Shown here piece after piece: positions 34,089 to 46,326 of a stretch of 64,000 nt of DNA. This DNA is from Oikopleura dioica (taxonomy: Eukaryota > Animalia > Chordata). The DNA lies in the NCBI GenBank assembly GCA_907165135.1, contig OU015566.1, positions 620,001 through 684,000 of the forward strand. Reading direction: 5' to 3'. The notes beneath the pieces are model-generated. The model was given only the letters and a program-made list of their open reading frames with translations, made no database searches and was not told the DNA's origin. Positions within the stretch are counted from its first letter, which is position 1, and every line of letters begins with the position of its first letter. A program made the position numbers and the translations under genes.

Positions 34089-37000
34089 ATGGGATGCGAG
34101 AAATGCGTGGTCGGAAAATTGCCACAATGTGATTTGAAATTAGTTTCGAGCTGTTTTGAAGAAGATTTGAAGGGAAGAGAATTGCAGCATATTTCGGCGC
34201 TGGAGCATATTTGCTACGATTGTTTGAATTTTCTTCAGAATCAGGTATTTTTCGGAAGTTTTTAATTCAAAAATGGGATCGAGAACCTGTGTATAAACCT
34301 GAGTCAGGGCCTCAGCGGGGTTAACAGGACCCTGACTCAGGTTTTTACTCAGTTTTCCGGGCCCGAATGCATACCCTTAATTTTTCAACGCAAATTTAAG
34401 GACACCTGCTACAAAGAATGGAAAACCCGCTGGGAGCAGGATTCCTTATCCCAAGGCACAGTAAAAACATATCTGACGGAAAAATTCTTTCCTTACTGGA
34501 TCCAGGCAGGGCTCAATTTTCTTTCTCCTTTTTGGGAAAAAATTCACACTTCATAAAAAAAACCTAAAATTGAGCCGCAATAAAAAGTGCATCGACTGTC
34601 GAAAATGGCGGCGAGTTCAAACTGCGCATTTGAAAGAAGATAAAATTATAGAAAACGATGTGGATGAAGAATTCCTGCAGAAATATAATTGCGACATGGG
34701 ACATCTGCTTTTTGAGAAGAAATATTCAAAAGAAGGAGCGAAGTATTCAATTTCAACGCTTAGCAGGTAAAGAAAACGGGCATTTTTGAGCGGAAATTGA
34801 GCGGTATTCGATTCTGCTAGATTTCGATCTTAGTCTCTCGCGATTTCGAGCGAACTTTCAGCAAGTTTTTCACCAGATTGTCCGCTCCTTTCCGCTCGTT
34901 GCCAATTTCGGACTTGTTTTTGAGCGGATATCGATCGTTTTCCGCTCAATTTTGCCCCTTTTCGTCTCAATTTTTACATTTCTGAAGTAGGTCCTGTGAG
35001 CCGCAAGAAGAACTCAATCCAATCACCAAAGAACTGTCCTTCATCAACACTATTTGCTACCCTCCTCTTTTAAAATTCTCCCCAGCGGAAAAGCTCTTCA
35101 ATGGATACTACCCAGATGGAGTTGGCCAATCTGTTATCGATAGTTCGAGGTTTTTAAGCCTCTTGACCCCTTTTCTTAATTTTTTCTTTCAGAAAATGCG
35201 AGCTTATCGACAACGACGACGAGAAAGGAACTCCAAAGAAAAAGACTCCTCGAAAAATCTACCGCAACCGTTTCTTCCCCTCTCGCAAGCCAAGAAATAC
35301 CAACTCGAAAAACAGCTGTTTCAGTCTTCGCAATCGCCGTCCGTTCTACCAGCCTGGCGACAACCCAGCAGCCTTGACGCTCAAGCCCGATTCTTTCGAA
35401 CCAGATGAAGTTGCACACTATCAATCCTTTCCTCCCGCCGCGCAGAGATTGATTCTAGCGGTGAGAAATCTCGTCGTTTCGATGTGGTCTATTTCTCCAA
35501 CGATTTTGGTGACCCCAGAGAGCTGCATGCAAAACGCGATTATAAGAGGATACATTCGCGCCGCTCTCCCAGAACTGTTCAATCTTGTTATAGAATTTCT
35601 TACGATAAAGGGAATTATCAACTTCGGCATCTTTGAGGACATCCCAAGGCCGTTGGTTCTGAAGAACATTCCGCTAGAGAAAAGAGAAACGATCGTTGTA
35701 ATCGGAGCTGGACCATCAGGAATTTCTACGGCTAGACAGCTGCATAACTTTGGATTCAATGTGAAGATTCTAGAGGCGAGGAAGAGAATTGGCGGACGAG
35801 TTCATGATGTTTGGGCTCCTAAGGTTAGTTGGGAAGGAAAAAGCTCTCTTATCGTCCATTTTTAGGTAGCTGCAGGAGCAATGGTCATCAACGGCTGCCA
35901 AAACAACCCAATTATCACCATGAGTCGTCAAATCTACCACGATGTCCACATCCTCGGGAGCCAATGCGACCTTTTTGTCAAATCCGAATCGATCGCTCGA
36001 GGACCAGATTTGAGAATGGAGCATCATTTCAACACAATTTTGGATATTTTATCCGACTGGAGATTGGACAAGAAAGAGGACATTCCACTCATCGACGCGA
36101 TTAACCTCGCTCACAAAGAATACGTCAGTCAAAGCGCAGAAAGATACTCAAAAACAGAAATGAAACTGCTCGACTTTCACATCAACAATTTAGAATACGC
36201 CTGTGGAGCGAGCCTTTCTAGCGTTTCAGCGCTCAATTGGGATCAAAATGAGCGTTTTCCGCAGTTCGGTGGAGATCATGCGATCGTGACATATGGATTT
36301 TCTGATGTTTTGGAAGAACTGTCAAAACCGCTGAATATAGAGTTTGAAAAACCAGTGGCGAGTATTGATCATTCTGGGGAAAAGGTGGTCGTCGAGACGA
36401 TTCATGGGGAGAAAATTGAGGCCGATAGGATTGGATGCAGATAAATGATAGAGCTTTAAGCCGCAAGCGGTTTGCAATTTTGTAGAATGGGTTGAAATAG
36501 GCCTTTTTTATCCATTTCAAAGATGCGTCGTGACAATCCCACTCGCCCTCATGAAAAAGAAAACCATCAAATTCACCCCTGACTTATCCCCGCGAAAATG
36601 GCGCGCTGTAGAAAACATCGGCGCCGGCCTGATAGAAAAATGCCTCCTCCGCTTCGATTCAAAATGGTGGAGTTACAAGATCGGTGGCGCTGATTTCTTT
36701 GGCTCCATCAGCGTTTCTGGCTCCGACTCAGGCGTCGACGCTGATGATGAACACGATACTTCGGGGATTTTCAATGTGTTTTACGATATTCCATCGCCTG
36801 AGAGTGATCATTTTACGCTGATGTCGATCGCAGCTGGAGCTTCGCTTGATATTTATCATTCGATGAGTGATAAACAACTCGTTTCTAGCGCGATGGCGAC
36901 GCTTCAAGGCAAGGGTCAATAAACAAGCCTTTTTATCCTATTTTACGCCCGTTTTTCAACAAATTTTGACCCTTGAAAAAAGAAATCTTCAAGGAAATCA

Positions 37001-37482
37001 CGGTCCCAGAGCCTCTGAGCTTCCACATTACTCGCTGGGGAAAAGAGGAATACTCGCAAATGAGCTATTCCTTTATCAAACTCGGTTCAACCGGAAAAGA
37101 TTACGACGAAATGGCAGAACCAGCTTCCGATCGATTATTTTTTGCTGGAGAAGCCACCAATAGGTGCATTCTTCAGCTTTACTAATTGTTAACTGTATGT
37201 TTAAGGCACTTTCCACAGACAGTGACAGGAGCTTACCTGTCGGGAGTTCGCGAAGCAGCGAGAATTTTCAAGCTAGAACACAAAAAACTCAACCCTGATT
37301 CGAAATTCTACGGTGACTCGATTTTCGAACAGACTTCGCTCCTCCCTCAGGTAAAGAAATCATCCCTTTTCTTCCCTCATCCTTCTCAAAGAAGCGAAAG
37401 AGCGAGTCGATCCACCAAAAACCGCCTTCAAAGAAAATCGAACGACGAAAATCTGAGCCAATTCCGACCATGTAACCTCTAA
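34089..37482 (+). CDS. KDM1B: Lysine-specific histone demethylase 1B (LSD2): C4H2C2 finger, zf-CW, SWIRM, FAD amine oxidase; 3' end approximate
   Basis: EHICYDC; PYWIQ|CIDCRKWR; SWIRM LAVRNL...W...FLTIKGIINFG; VIGAGPSG...[57 protein letters not shown]. Confidence 0.93.
34281..34358. mobile_element. MITE family B copy (in a KDM1B intron)
   Basis: aaacctgagtcagggc...gaccctgactcaggtttt. Confidence 0.6.
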
Positions 37483-37697
37483 TATTTAATCTTGTTATTC
37501 CTTCCTTATTTTTTCATATTCACATGTTCTTCTTCCAAAGCTTTACCTTTTTCTCACTGCCTTCATTTTTATTCGATTCTGCTGCAATATCCTTATTATA
37601 TTTTCTAATGCTTGAATTAATGCTGAAAATTTTGATTCAAGAATTCGAAACTTTCAATTTTCAGATGTACTGACAGGAAAAAAGAAAAGGGATTGAA

Positions 37698-39207
37698 ATG
37701 GCCCGATTTTCTCATGTTTCAGGACTGATAATTTTCCTCCTAGCGCTGGTTTTTCTTCTTATAATCGACTTGCATAGGTAAGTTCCTCGCTCGACCCCTG
37801 TTTCTACGTGTTTTCAAGTAAATCTTCAACTGCCAGAAGCCTCAAAGAGCGCCTCTCATTTTCCATCCCTCAAGAGTCACCAGCTGTACTTCATGAAGAA
37901 TTCGTCTCGTCGCTAGAAAGTCCAATCGTCGTTTACAACCGCGTTCCAAAAACTGCCTCCACTGCCTTTACCCATCTTCTCTACGACCTAACCAAAGGTA
38001 AACACCCTTTTCCCGGCTCTTATTTTCAAAATGCGCTAGAAAACTCAATCTACGTCATCCATGTAAATACAACTGTGCCTAAACAGAATGCCGCAATCAT
38101 GTCTCTCCACGATCAAATGCTTCTTCGACAAAATATGACGACTTGGGGCCTTACTCCTGCCTTTTATCATGGTCATTTCGCCTTCTTCAACGTCCCAAAT
38201 GTCTTCTGGATCAATTTAATTCGGTAAAAGCAACCTTCTATTGTCTTTTTTTCTATTCGGAATATCTTCAGGAACCCATTTGACCGCCTGGTTTCGAACT
38301 ACTATTTTCTACGATATGGTGACAACTTCCGAAAAGGACTTCTGAGAAGTAAGAACGGCGATACGACGACTTTCAACGAATGCGTGGAGAAAGAGTCAAG
38401 CAAAGACTGCTCCATTCAGAAAATGTGGATTCAGGTAATTCGACTCAAAGTCACTTGATATCACCTGCAGTCCTGTAGATCCCTTTCTATGTCTAAGGAC
38501 GTCAATTGTTTTTGATATCTGATTTTAATGAAATTAATAGATATCCATTTATCTAAAGCCATTTTGAGCAACATTTTATGGCTCTCTAAATCCTCAGATG
38601 TTCCTTAGATGCCCCTCAGCCTTATTAAATGTCTGCACATCTCTGTAGATGTAAATAGGGTACCCTAGATGGATCTAGCTTTCCTTCGACCTCCGTGGGT
38701 GTCCGTAGACGTCCCTGAACGTCTCCAGATGTTTAAAGCTTTCCTTTAATGTGTCTTGACTCAAGATGCCTGTGGACGCTGTTGAATAGAAGTAAAAGGT
38801 TAAATTCATCTTCAGATTCCTTATTTCTGTGGCCAAGTAGCAGCCTGCTGGGAACCTGGAAGCCAGTGGGCTCTTGATCGAGCGAAGCAAAACGTCCTCG
38901 AACACTATTTTCTCGTTGGAACAACTGAAAATCTGATGCAGTTTGTAGAAGTCCTGGAGAACGAAATTCCTGCAGTTTTCAAGGTATTTTTCAAGCTTTT
39001 ATTATGAAATAAAGTTTGATTCAGGGTTCGTATGAGAAGTTTAAAAAGCAAGAGCCAATTCGAAAAACGATTCACAAAGATGAAATAACAGAGGAAACGA
39101 AGGCGAAATTGAGCAACACGCGAATTTGGAGAATGGAGTTTGATTTTTACAACTTTGTCGTCAAAAATTTCAATCTCAGTAAGTTCCTTTCTTATGATTT
39201 TGAATGA
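37698..39207 (+). CDS. HS2ST1: Heparan sulfate 2-O-sulfotransferase (3' end approximate)
   Basis: Type-II transmembrane anchor; VYNRVPKTAST (5'-PSB); YHGH; NLIREPFDRLVSNYYFLRYGD; IPYFCG; EHYFLVG. Confidence 0.93.
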
Positions 39208-40060
39208 AAGATTTTAATGAAATTCTGGAATTCGGAATCTTGGTCGAATTTCTTCGGCAATAAACGAGCAAACTAAGTGAACAATATTGATGAAGAATAA
39301 AATGTGAACTATTAGCAAACAAGCAAGAATGTAGAACAGAAGCATTAATACCCGTTTTAGTCTACACGAGGTCGATAACAGATGGAAAACTGACGAAAAA
39401 GAACTTTTTCTACGAAAAAATCTACGGCCCAACTGGCAAAATCGTCAAATAGTTGCCTCTTTTTTCTCTTTTTGCTGTCTTACTTTATGTGCTTGTATAT
39501 ATTGCTTGATACTTGTTACTTCTGAATCCTTCCTGTCCAGAAACTAAAAAATCTGTTGCCTTCTTCTTCAAAAATCGAAATAAATATATGAGTGAAAATG
39601 GAAATTCCGTGATGATTTTATCCAAGAAAAAACGAGGAATAAATCATCCAAAATATTGATTAAAGTAGCTAAGAAGGGGCTTTCCCCGAATTTGCAGAGT
39701 AAAATCGCGGTTAGCAGTCTCGACCTGCTTATTTTGAATATTTCTTATATCAAGCAAATTTCCAGTGAATTGATATTTCCCAAACAGCAACCCGATAACG
39801 AAATAAACGGACTTAATCCTGCCCCGGCGATGCGCTTATCTACGTAATGTCCGATAATTTTCCCCCTTTCTGAATTTTGAAGAGCTGAGACTTCACTTTA
39901 GAGCTTTAGTTTTTTGAAAAAAAATGAGAGATAAATTATTTATTTTTACACTATCTCCATTTTTATTCGAGCAGGTAGAGGCACAAAAGTGGAAGAACAA
40001 GTGGAAGACCAAGTGGCAGACGAGCGGGAAATGAGATTGAAATGAGCTTATAAAAGAGAG

Positions 40061-41391
40061 TTGACGAAAAACATGTTTTTTTGGCTTGTGACACCCTTAA
40101 TCAAATCTCCAAAAAGTAAAGTCAACAGCTTTATCAAGTTTGTCCAATCTCCAAAAAGCACCAAAGCAGTTGTCGCCTCCTCCACCACCAAAGCTCCAAC
40201 CACCACTTCAACAACAACCACAACAACGACCACAACAACGACAACAACAAACAATTTCTCATCCTGTGAATTGAGCGATGATAGCCTCAAAGCTGTTAGT
40301 ATTTGTTCTCCATCAACTTTCGGAGTCGATATTCATACTTGCGTTTTTGCCGATTTGAACATGGCGCCAGGTGATGTTTTCTTCGCTGGAGCAGATGGTC
40401 TTTCGACGGTTGCTGATGGAGCATCGGCGAATAATACCTGCCAGGGGACCCTTAGTGATGATGGAACGCACTACAACTTCGCAATCAACGGAGAAATCCG
40501 CGACTGCGGCACTGAAATCTCTTCAAACGGCACCCACATTGTCTTCAGCAATAGCCTCCGCGGAACAGCTGGAGAAATCCTCGGGAAAATCACTCGACAG
40601 CGCGTCATGAATGTTCAATTCGAATGTCATTTTGAGAAGGTTCAACGAGTCGCGCTGGCGGATCCGATTGTCGCGAATTTGTTCCAAGTGACACTTGATA
40701 ATGGAGAAGATTTGTCGGAGTTTGATGTGTCTTTTGGAATTTATGAGGATGACTCTTTCAGGAACGCATAATCAATACGAATTGCGGATCTTTTTATTCT
40801 AAAGGGAATGTTTTCGATAACGGATTTTTTATTCAGAGCTCTGATTGAACGGCTTCCAAAATGCCCTGATCTGGCCAATCAACGCTCTGAATGAAAGAGT
40901 TGATGTTCAAAGCACCATTATCATGCTCTGAAAGCTCCTTCTTGGCTTCCAATGCTACAACAAACGTCCCAAGCGACATTTACCTCGGCGTCAGTCTCGA
41001 CAATTCAACACCTGGTTACGTCATTCAAATCGAAGAATGCTGGGCTACTCCAAGGTAAACCCGTTTTCTCAGCTAATTTCTCAATTCTTCAAGCGACAAC
41101 GCAGAAGACGCGCAAAAATACATGTTCATGGAAAACTTCTGCCCAGTCCAAACCGAGTTCGACATTGGCGTCATCAAAGTTTTCGAAAACGGCGTCGGCG
41201 ATTTCGCGTCTCTTAGACTTGAATCTTTCATTTTTGAAAATTCGACCGAAGCGTTTTTTCACTGCGCTGTTCAAATGTGCGATGAAAATGCAGGACCTTG
41301 CATTCCGAATTGTGGAGCGAGAAGAAGAAGAACCGCCGGAGAGAGCGAGGAGGATAGAATTTTGTTGTCTGTTGGAATCACTGGTGAATAA
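40061..41391 (+). CDS. ZP-domain secreted protein with Thr-rich linker (start uncertain)
   Basis: CGTEI...VFSNSL, QFECHF (ZP-N); IEECWATP, FCP, FHCAVQMC..C.PNC (ZP-C); RRRR furin site. Confidence 0.85.
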
Positions 41392-41453
41392 ATTCATTTA
41401 CTTAGTTTTCGTACTTCTTCATGAATCATGAAGGATTAAAAAAAGAATTTGGG

Positions 41454-41547
41454 CTCGGAAACCTGGGAAGAAAGCCTGAGTCAGGGTCTGAAAAATGTCT
41501 GAAGATATTTCAGACCCTGACTCAGTTTTTCTACGCAGGTTGCCGAG
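41454..41547. mobile_element. MITE family B copy
   Basis: ctcggaaacctg...ctgagtcagggtctgaa / ttcagaccctgactcag...caggttgccgag. Confidence 0.65.
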
Positions 41548-41957
41548 GCAACGTAAGATTGTCGACTTTTCAGTATAGACTATACTGTCGCATGTAGGGC
41601 TGTTTATTGTAGATCCTGTAGAAACATGTTTGGGATAGATGTTTTTCTTTCAAAAACTTCTCTTGGCTTCGGATACGGCTTTACTCTAGCGCTGACAGCT
41701 GATGCTTGAATGTACAATTTGTGAAAACTCTTCATCGAGTTGATTTTCCGTCTAAAATTTGGAAATTTTTGAAAAAGGAGGAGGAAGGCTTGCCTGATTT
41801 GACGCTCGCTGATGAAGAGATAGGTGAAGTAAATTGCGGTGAAGACAAGGAAGCAAATGAATAAGAGAATCAAGGCGAATATAATGTAGTTCTTTGGAAA
41901 TTTATAAATCAATGATGAATTTAAGAATTTTTTTTCTACGAGAAAGTTTAAAAAAAA

Positions 41958-42105
41958 AGGGTTGGGTCAGATACCGGCAAAAAATCTCGAAAATTTCGCG
42001 TGGGGGGCATTTCGGTTGCTGATCGGTCGGATAGCCGAATCAAGGCTTCTGATTGGTCGAAAATCTTCACGCAAAATTTGTCAAAATTTTTCGTCGGTTC
42101 CTGAC
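41958..42105. mobile_element. MITE family A, copy 5
   Basis: Same core in reverse orientation; right end abuts the 733-bp palindrome. Confidence 0.7.
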
Positions 42106-42108
42106 CTC

Positions 42109-42841
42109 GGGCGAGCAGCGCTGAGCCAAACTTCACGCGCTGGCCGTTCTTCTTAGAAATGAGATTTTTTGAAATTTCTTTTTGTAAATTTTATCTCCAA
42201 ATCTTCAGCTTTCTATTCCGATTCTTAGTTTTTCTCTATCATTCTTGGTTGATGAGCTAGCGACAAAAAAAGAAGCCCAACTTCAAAAGGCATCAAGTCT
42301 TACAAACTTTATTTTTTCTGCATAAAACTAGCACCATTGAAAAGCGCGTTAAATTCTGAATAGATTCCACCCAATCAGCTAAATTCAATCGGTACTCATT
42401 GGCGTGTAAGGCCAGATAAAGAAAACTACTTAGCGCGCGCAGCTGGTCGCGGCACGGCTGGACGCTCCGATTTAGCTATTTTGGGCTTCCTGGACATGAT
42501 TCCCGCTGGGCGGGCGCTAAGTTATCTTGTTTATCTGGACTTACACGCCAATGAGTACCGATTGAATTTAGCTGATTGGGTGGAATCTATTCAGAATTTA
42601 ACGCGCTTTTCAATGGTGCTAGTTTTATGCAGAAAAAATAAAGTTTGTAAGACTTGATGCCTTTTGAAGTTGGGCTTCTTTTTTTGTCGCTAGCTCATCA
42701 ACCAAGAATGATAGAGAAAAACTAAGAATCGGAATAGAAAGCTGAAGATTTGGAGATATAATTTACAAAAAGAAATTTCAAAAAATCTCATTTCTAAGAA
42801 GAACGGCCAGCGCGTGAAGTTTGGCTCAGCGCTGCTCGCCC
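42109..42841. repeat. Near-perfect long inverted repeat (arms ~330 bp, spacer ~77 bp); probable foldback element
   Basis: 42109-42436 is the reverse complement of 42514-42841; one mismatch seen in the outer ~300 bp, several in the inner 30 bp. Confidence 0.9.
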
Positions 42842-43456
42842 AGGTCCCTTAAAAAAGAGCTTATTTATAAATTTTCCTGAAGAAGAAAAGCCAGAATTTC
42901 ATTCATCAAATTATGACCCATCTCTGCGATTTTTCCTCTTCATCTGAAAGAGTGCTGTTTTTCTCCCCCTCTCCAAGGACTCCTTCTCTGATTTATTAAA
43001 AAGTGAACCGTCGATTAAAATCAAGAAAGTTTGGACGCAAAGTCCGCTGATCTTTGCTCGCGTGTCCCTGTCAGTCAATAATGAGATGCCGATTTTAATT
43101 TGAATTACTCGGCGAAATTGGAAAAAAGGAGAAGGCGAAATACAGCAAATCGCCTCTCAATATGAACTGATCGACGGACGATTCATCTGTCACCGATCCA
43201 GGATTTCTTGTATTGATTTTATTGAGGACAAAGTTCAGGATTTTGGCTTTCTTATCGGAGAAAATGACAGATCTATTGTCAAAAGACTATTGAACATTAT
43301 TCGCTTTTTTAGTTATTAGTTGGAAATTTTTTTTCTGCTGAAAAGTTTTAATGAAATTTTCAATGAAAAAAGTGATCACAAAAAAGAGCGTCATTTTTCA
43401 AGAAACAGAAGGGAAAATAAAGGTCGATTCATTGTTCAACTAGTGACAGTGTCAAC

Positions 43457-45196
43457 CAGTGTTTGAAAAAACCCGCCCGCGAACCCCGCGGGGGCCGCGG
43501 GCGGGGGCCACGGGCGCCCGCGCCCCCCGTACCCGCAAGAAATCTCGGATTTGGCCCCCGCGCCCGCCCGCGCCCGTAGAAAATTTTTGATCTGGCCCCC
43601 GCGCCCTCCCGCGCCCGTGGAAATTTTTTTCGCGCCCGCGGGCGCCCGGGGCTCACCATAAATTGAATTAAGCTAGTTAAGAATGTTAGGTTTTCATCTG
43701 AAAAACTTTGCGTAAAATGAATGAGCCCAGTTCCTTGATTTATGAATAAAGAAACAGTTTTTTTTAAATAAAGGCCGTTTTGGCAATCTTTGACTGGAAA
43801 ATCAGCCGATTTGAATTATGAATCCTGACGAACATTATTGTCAAAAGAACTTCTTCAAAACAGAGAAATCTACCTTTCTCATTGCATTCTAAGCTATCGA
43901 TAGACCCCTTGTTTGTTAATTTTCGGGCCGTCTCAGCCCCGTTCCTTGATTTTTTGATTTAAGGGGCTTGACGGCCCTTCGGGCCGTCTCAGCCCCGTTC
44001 CTTGATTTTTTGATTTAAGGGGCTTGACGGCCCTTCGGGCCGTCTCAGCCCCGTTCCTTGATTTTGATTTAAGGGGCTTGACGGCCCTTCGGGCCGTCTC
44101 AGCCCCGTTCCTTGATTTTTGATTTAAGGGCTTGACGGCCCTTCGGGCCGTCTCAGCCCCGTTCCTTGATTTTTGATTTAAGGGGCTTGACGGCCCTTCG
44201 GGCCGTCTCAGCCCCGTTCCTTGATTTTGATTTAAGGGGCTTGACGGCCCTTCGGGCCGTCTCAGCCCCGTTCCTTGATTTTTGATTTAAGGGCTTGACG
44301 GCCCTTCGGGCCGTCTCAGCCCCGTTCCTTGATTTTTGATTTAAGGGCTTGACGGCCCTTCGGGCCGTCTCAGCCCCGTTCCTTGATTTTTGATTTAAGG
44401 GCTTGACGGCCCTTCGGGCCGTCTCAGCCCCGTTCCTTGATTTTTGATTTAAGGGCTTGACGGCCCTTCGGGCCGTCTCAGCCCCGTTCCTTGATTTTTG
44501 ATTTAAGGGGCTTGACGGCCCTTCGGGCCGTCTCAGCCCCGTTCCTTGATTTTTGATTTAAGGGCTTGACGGCCCTTCGGGCCGTCTCAGCCCCGTTCCT
44601 TGATTTTTGATTTAAGGGCTTGACGGCCCTTCGGGCCGTCTCAGCCCCGTTCCTTGATTTTTGATTTAAGGGCTTGACGGCCCTTCGGGCCGTCTCAGCC
44701 CCGTTCCTTGATTTTTGATTTAAGGGGCTTGACGGCCCTTCGGGCCGTCTCAGCCCCGTTCCTTGATTTTTGATTTAAGGGGCTTGACATAGGCTTGGAA
44801 CATTTAGTTGATCAATCTCAGTTTTGTCCCCAACCCCACCCACACCCATTGTTTTAAAAGTCAAATTATCTTAGTTTTTAGCTTAATTATGGTTTTTTCT
44901 GAGAGTTATTCTTCTATAATTCGCAGATTCATATCCCTCGAACCCGCGGGGCCTGCGGGCGCGAGGGTAACGGGCGCCCCCTGCCCCCGGGCGCCCGCGG
45001 GCGCGATTTTTTGCGGGGCCCCCGCCCGCGCCCGCCCGCACCCGCGCAAAATTCTTGAATCGGCCCCCGGGCCCGCCCGCAACCGCGCAAAATTTTGAAA
45101 TCGGCCCCCGCGCCCGCCCGCGCCCGCGGAAAATTTTGAAATTGGCCCCCGCGCCCGCCCGCGCCCGCGGAAAATGTTGCGGGTTTTCAAACACTG
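43457..45196. mobile_element. Non-autonomous hAT element (1,740 bp) with GC-rich subterminal repeats and an internal tandem array
   Basis: TIR CAGTGTTTGAAAA(A)CCCGC; 8-bp TSD GTGTCAAC at 43449-43456 and 45197-45204; GGCCCCCGCGCCCGCCCGCG subterminal repeats at both ends. Confidence 0.93.
43922..44788. repeat. Tandem array, 16 copies of a 54-56-bp self-complementary unit
   Basis: Unit TTC-GGGCCGTC-TC-AGCCCC-GTTCCTTGATTTTTGATTTAA-GGGGCT-T-GACGGCCC; copies differ only in homopolymer length. Confidence 0.97.
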
Positions 45197-45307
45197 GTGT
45201 CAACACAGTTGCTATGACCGCCATAAAATTAAATACAAGTGTTATGAATTTCCCTTCTTTGGCAAAAAGTGGCAAGTATCTTGAACTCCACTGGACAAAA
45301 TTTAAAA

Positions 45308-46076
45308 ATGTCAGTCTTGTCAGATAACAACAACAGCGAGAAAGAGATGTATGACATCCACGAGGATATGCCTCTGTTTGCAACAAGCAGTGTACAAAAT
45401 ACAGAGACAAATAGGCGAAGAATTGCCCGCGAGGCTACCTCGGTATCTTTTTCCTAACGATAAGAAAAAATTTTCTCATCCTTTTCTAGGCAGGATGTCA
45501 AGAAGCAGCACGAGAAGCTGCTGTTCAAGTTGACGGGCCACCAGAAGACAGACCGAATTCTAGTTACAGTCGACTTGTGAAATGGCTTCCGCGGGATCAA
45601 ATCGATAATTTGAAGCAAAGAATCAAGGAATATCTCACATTTGAGGTCGAGAAAGATGGTGATGAAGATGAAAAGAAGGAGAAATTCCTCGAAAACGCGA
45701 AAGAACTCGTCAGGAAGGTGATGGACGAGTTCGAAATAGATGAAACTCTTTCGAAACTCAAACAATGTAGGAATAAAAAACCCATATTCTTTTTCATAAA
45801 CTCAATATTTCAGTCTCGATGGTGATTTTCCTCCACAAACTGATCGTTTACGAGCTGAACAAGCACGTCAGCTTCTTCCAAATCGGCAAAGTCTATCTCG
45901 GCGCTTTCACCGATCTCCTCTTTGGTTTCCTCACCAGCTTTTCTTCCGCCGAGTTTTCGAAGATCTGGAACGCCGCCATGAATGCAACTCAAAATTTCTT
46001 CAATGCAGAAATGCTCATTGGAGTCGGACTTGCTTCCTGTGCCTGTTTTTATCTGTACAAAAACTTTCAGAAATAA
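45308..46076 (+). CDS. Helical protein with C-terminal membrane anchor, paralog 1 (candidate divergent Bcl-2 fold)
   Basis: Three exons by GT-AG splicing; ...LSKLKQ|FSMVIFLHKLI...IWNAAM...LIGVGLASCACFYLYKNFQK*. Confidence 0.6.
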
Positions 46077-46326
46077 ACATGTTTTCGAAGAGCTTATCTT
46101 TCCGCCAGGCGATTTTGTCTTGCCCTTTTTTCTTATTTTTGTCTTTCGAAAAAGTGTTCATGCGTCACTAGCTGAGCAAATAGCTCTGAGGCAGTTCAAA
46201 CAATGCTCCAACAAAAAAATGACTCCGCGGATTAGTCGACCAGTCATTAAAATAAACGCAAGCGCAATAATTACGTCTCTTTCCCTTTTTACAGCTTCAG
46301 ATTTCAACTTTTTTTTTCACTTTGAA

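Noticed and set aside
40048-40290. Poly-Val minus-strand ORF
   Set aside because: Antisense reading of the ACA/ACC Thr repeat of the ZP protein
43922-44788. CRISPR-like array of palindromic repeats
   Set aside because: Units are contiguous and identical with no unique spacers; there are no cas genes and the context is eukaryotic
43922-44788. Length variants among array units as biological variation
   Set aside because: Differences are confined to T- and G-run lengths, typical of long-read homopolymer error
43429-45410. Arg/Gly/Ala/Pro-rich ORFs around the hAT ends
   Set aside because: Artefacts of GC-rich subterminal repeats that lack stop codons
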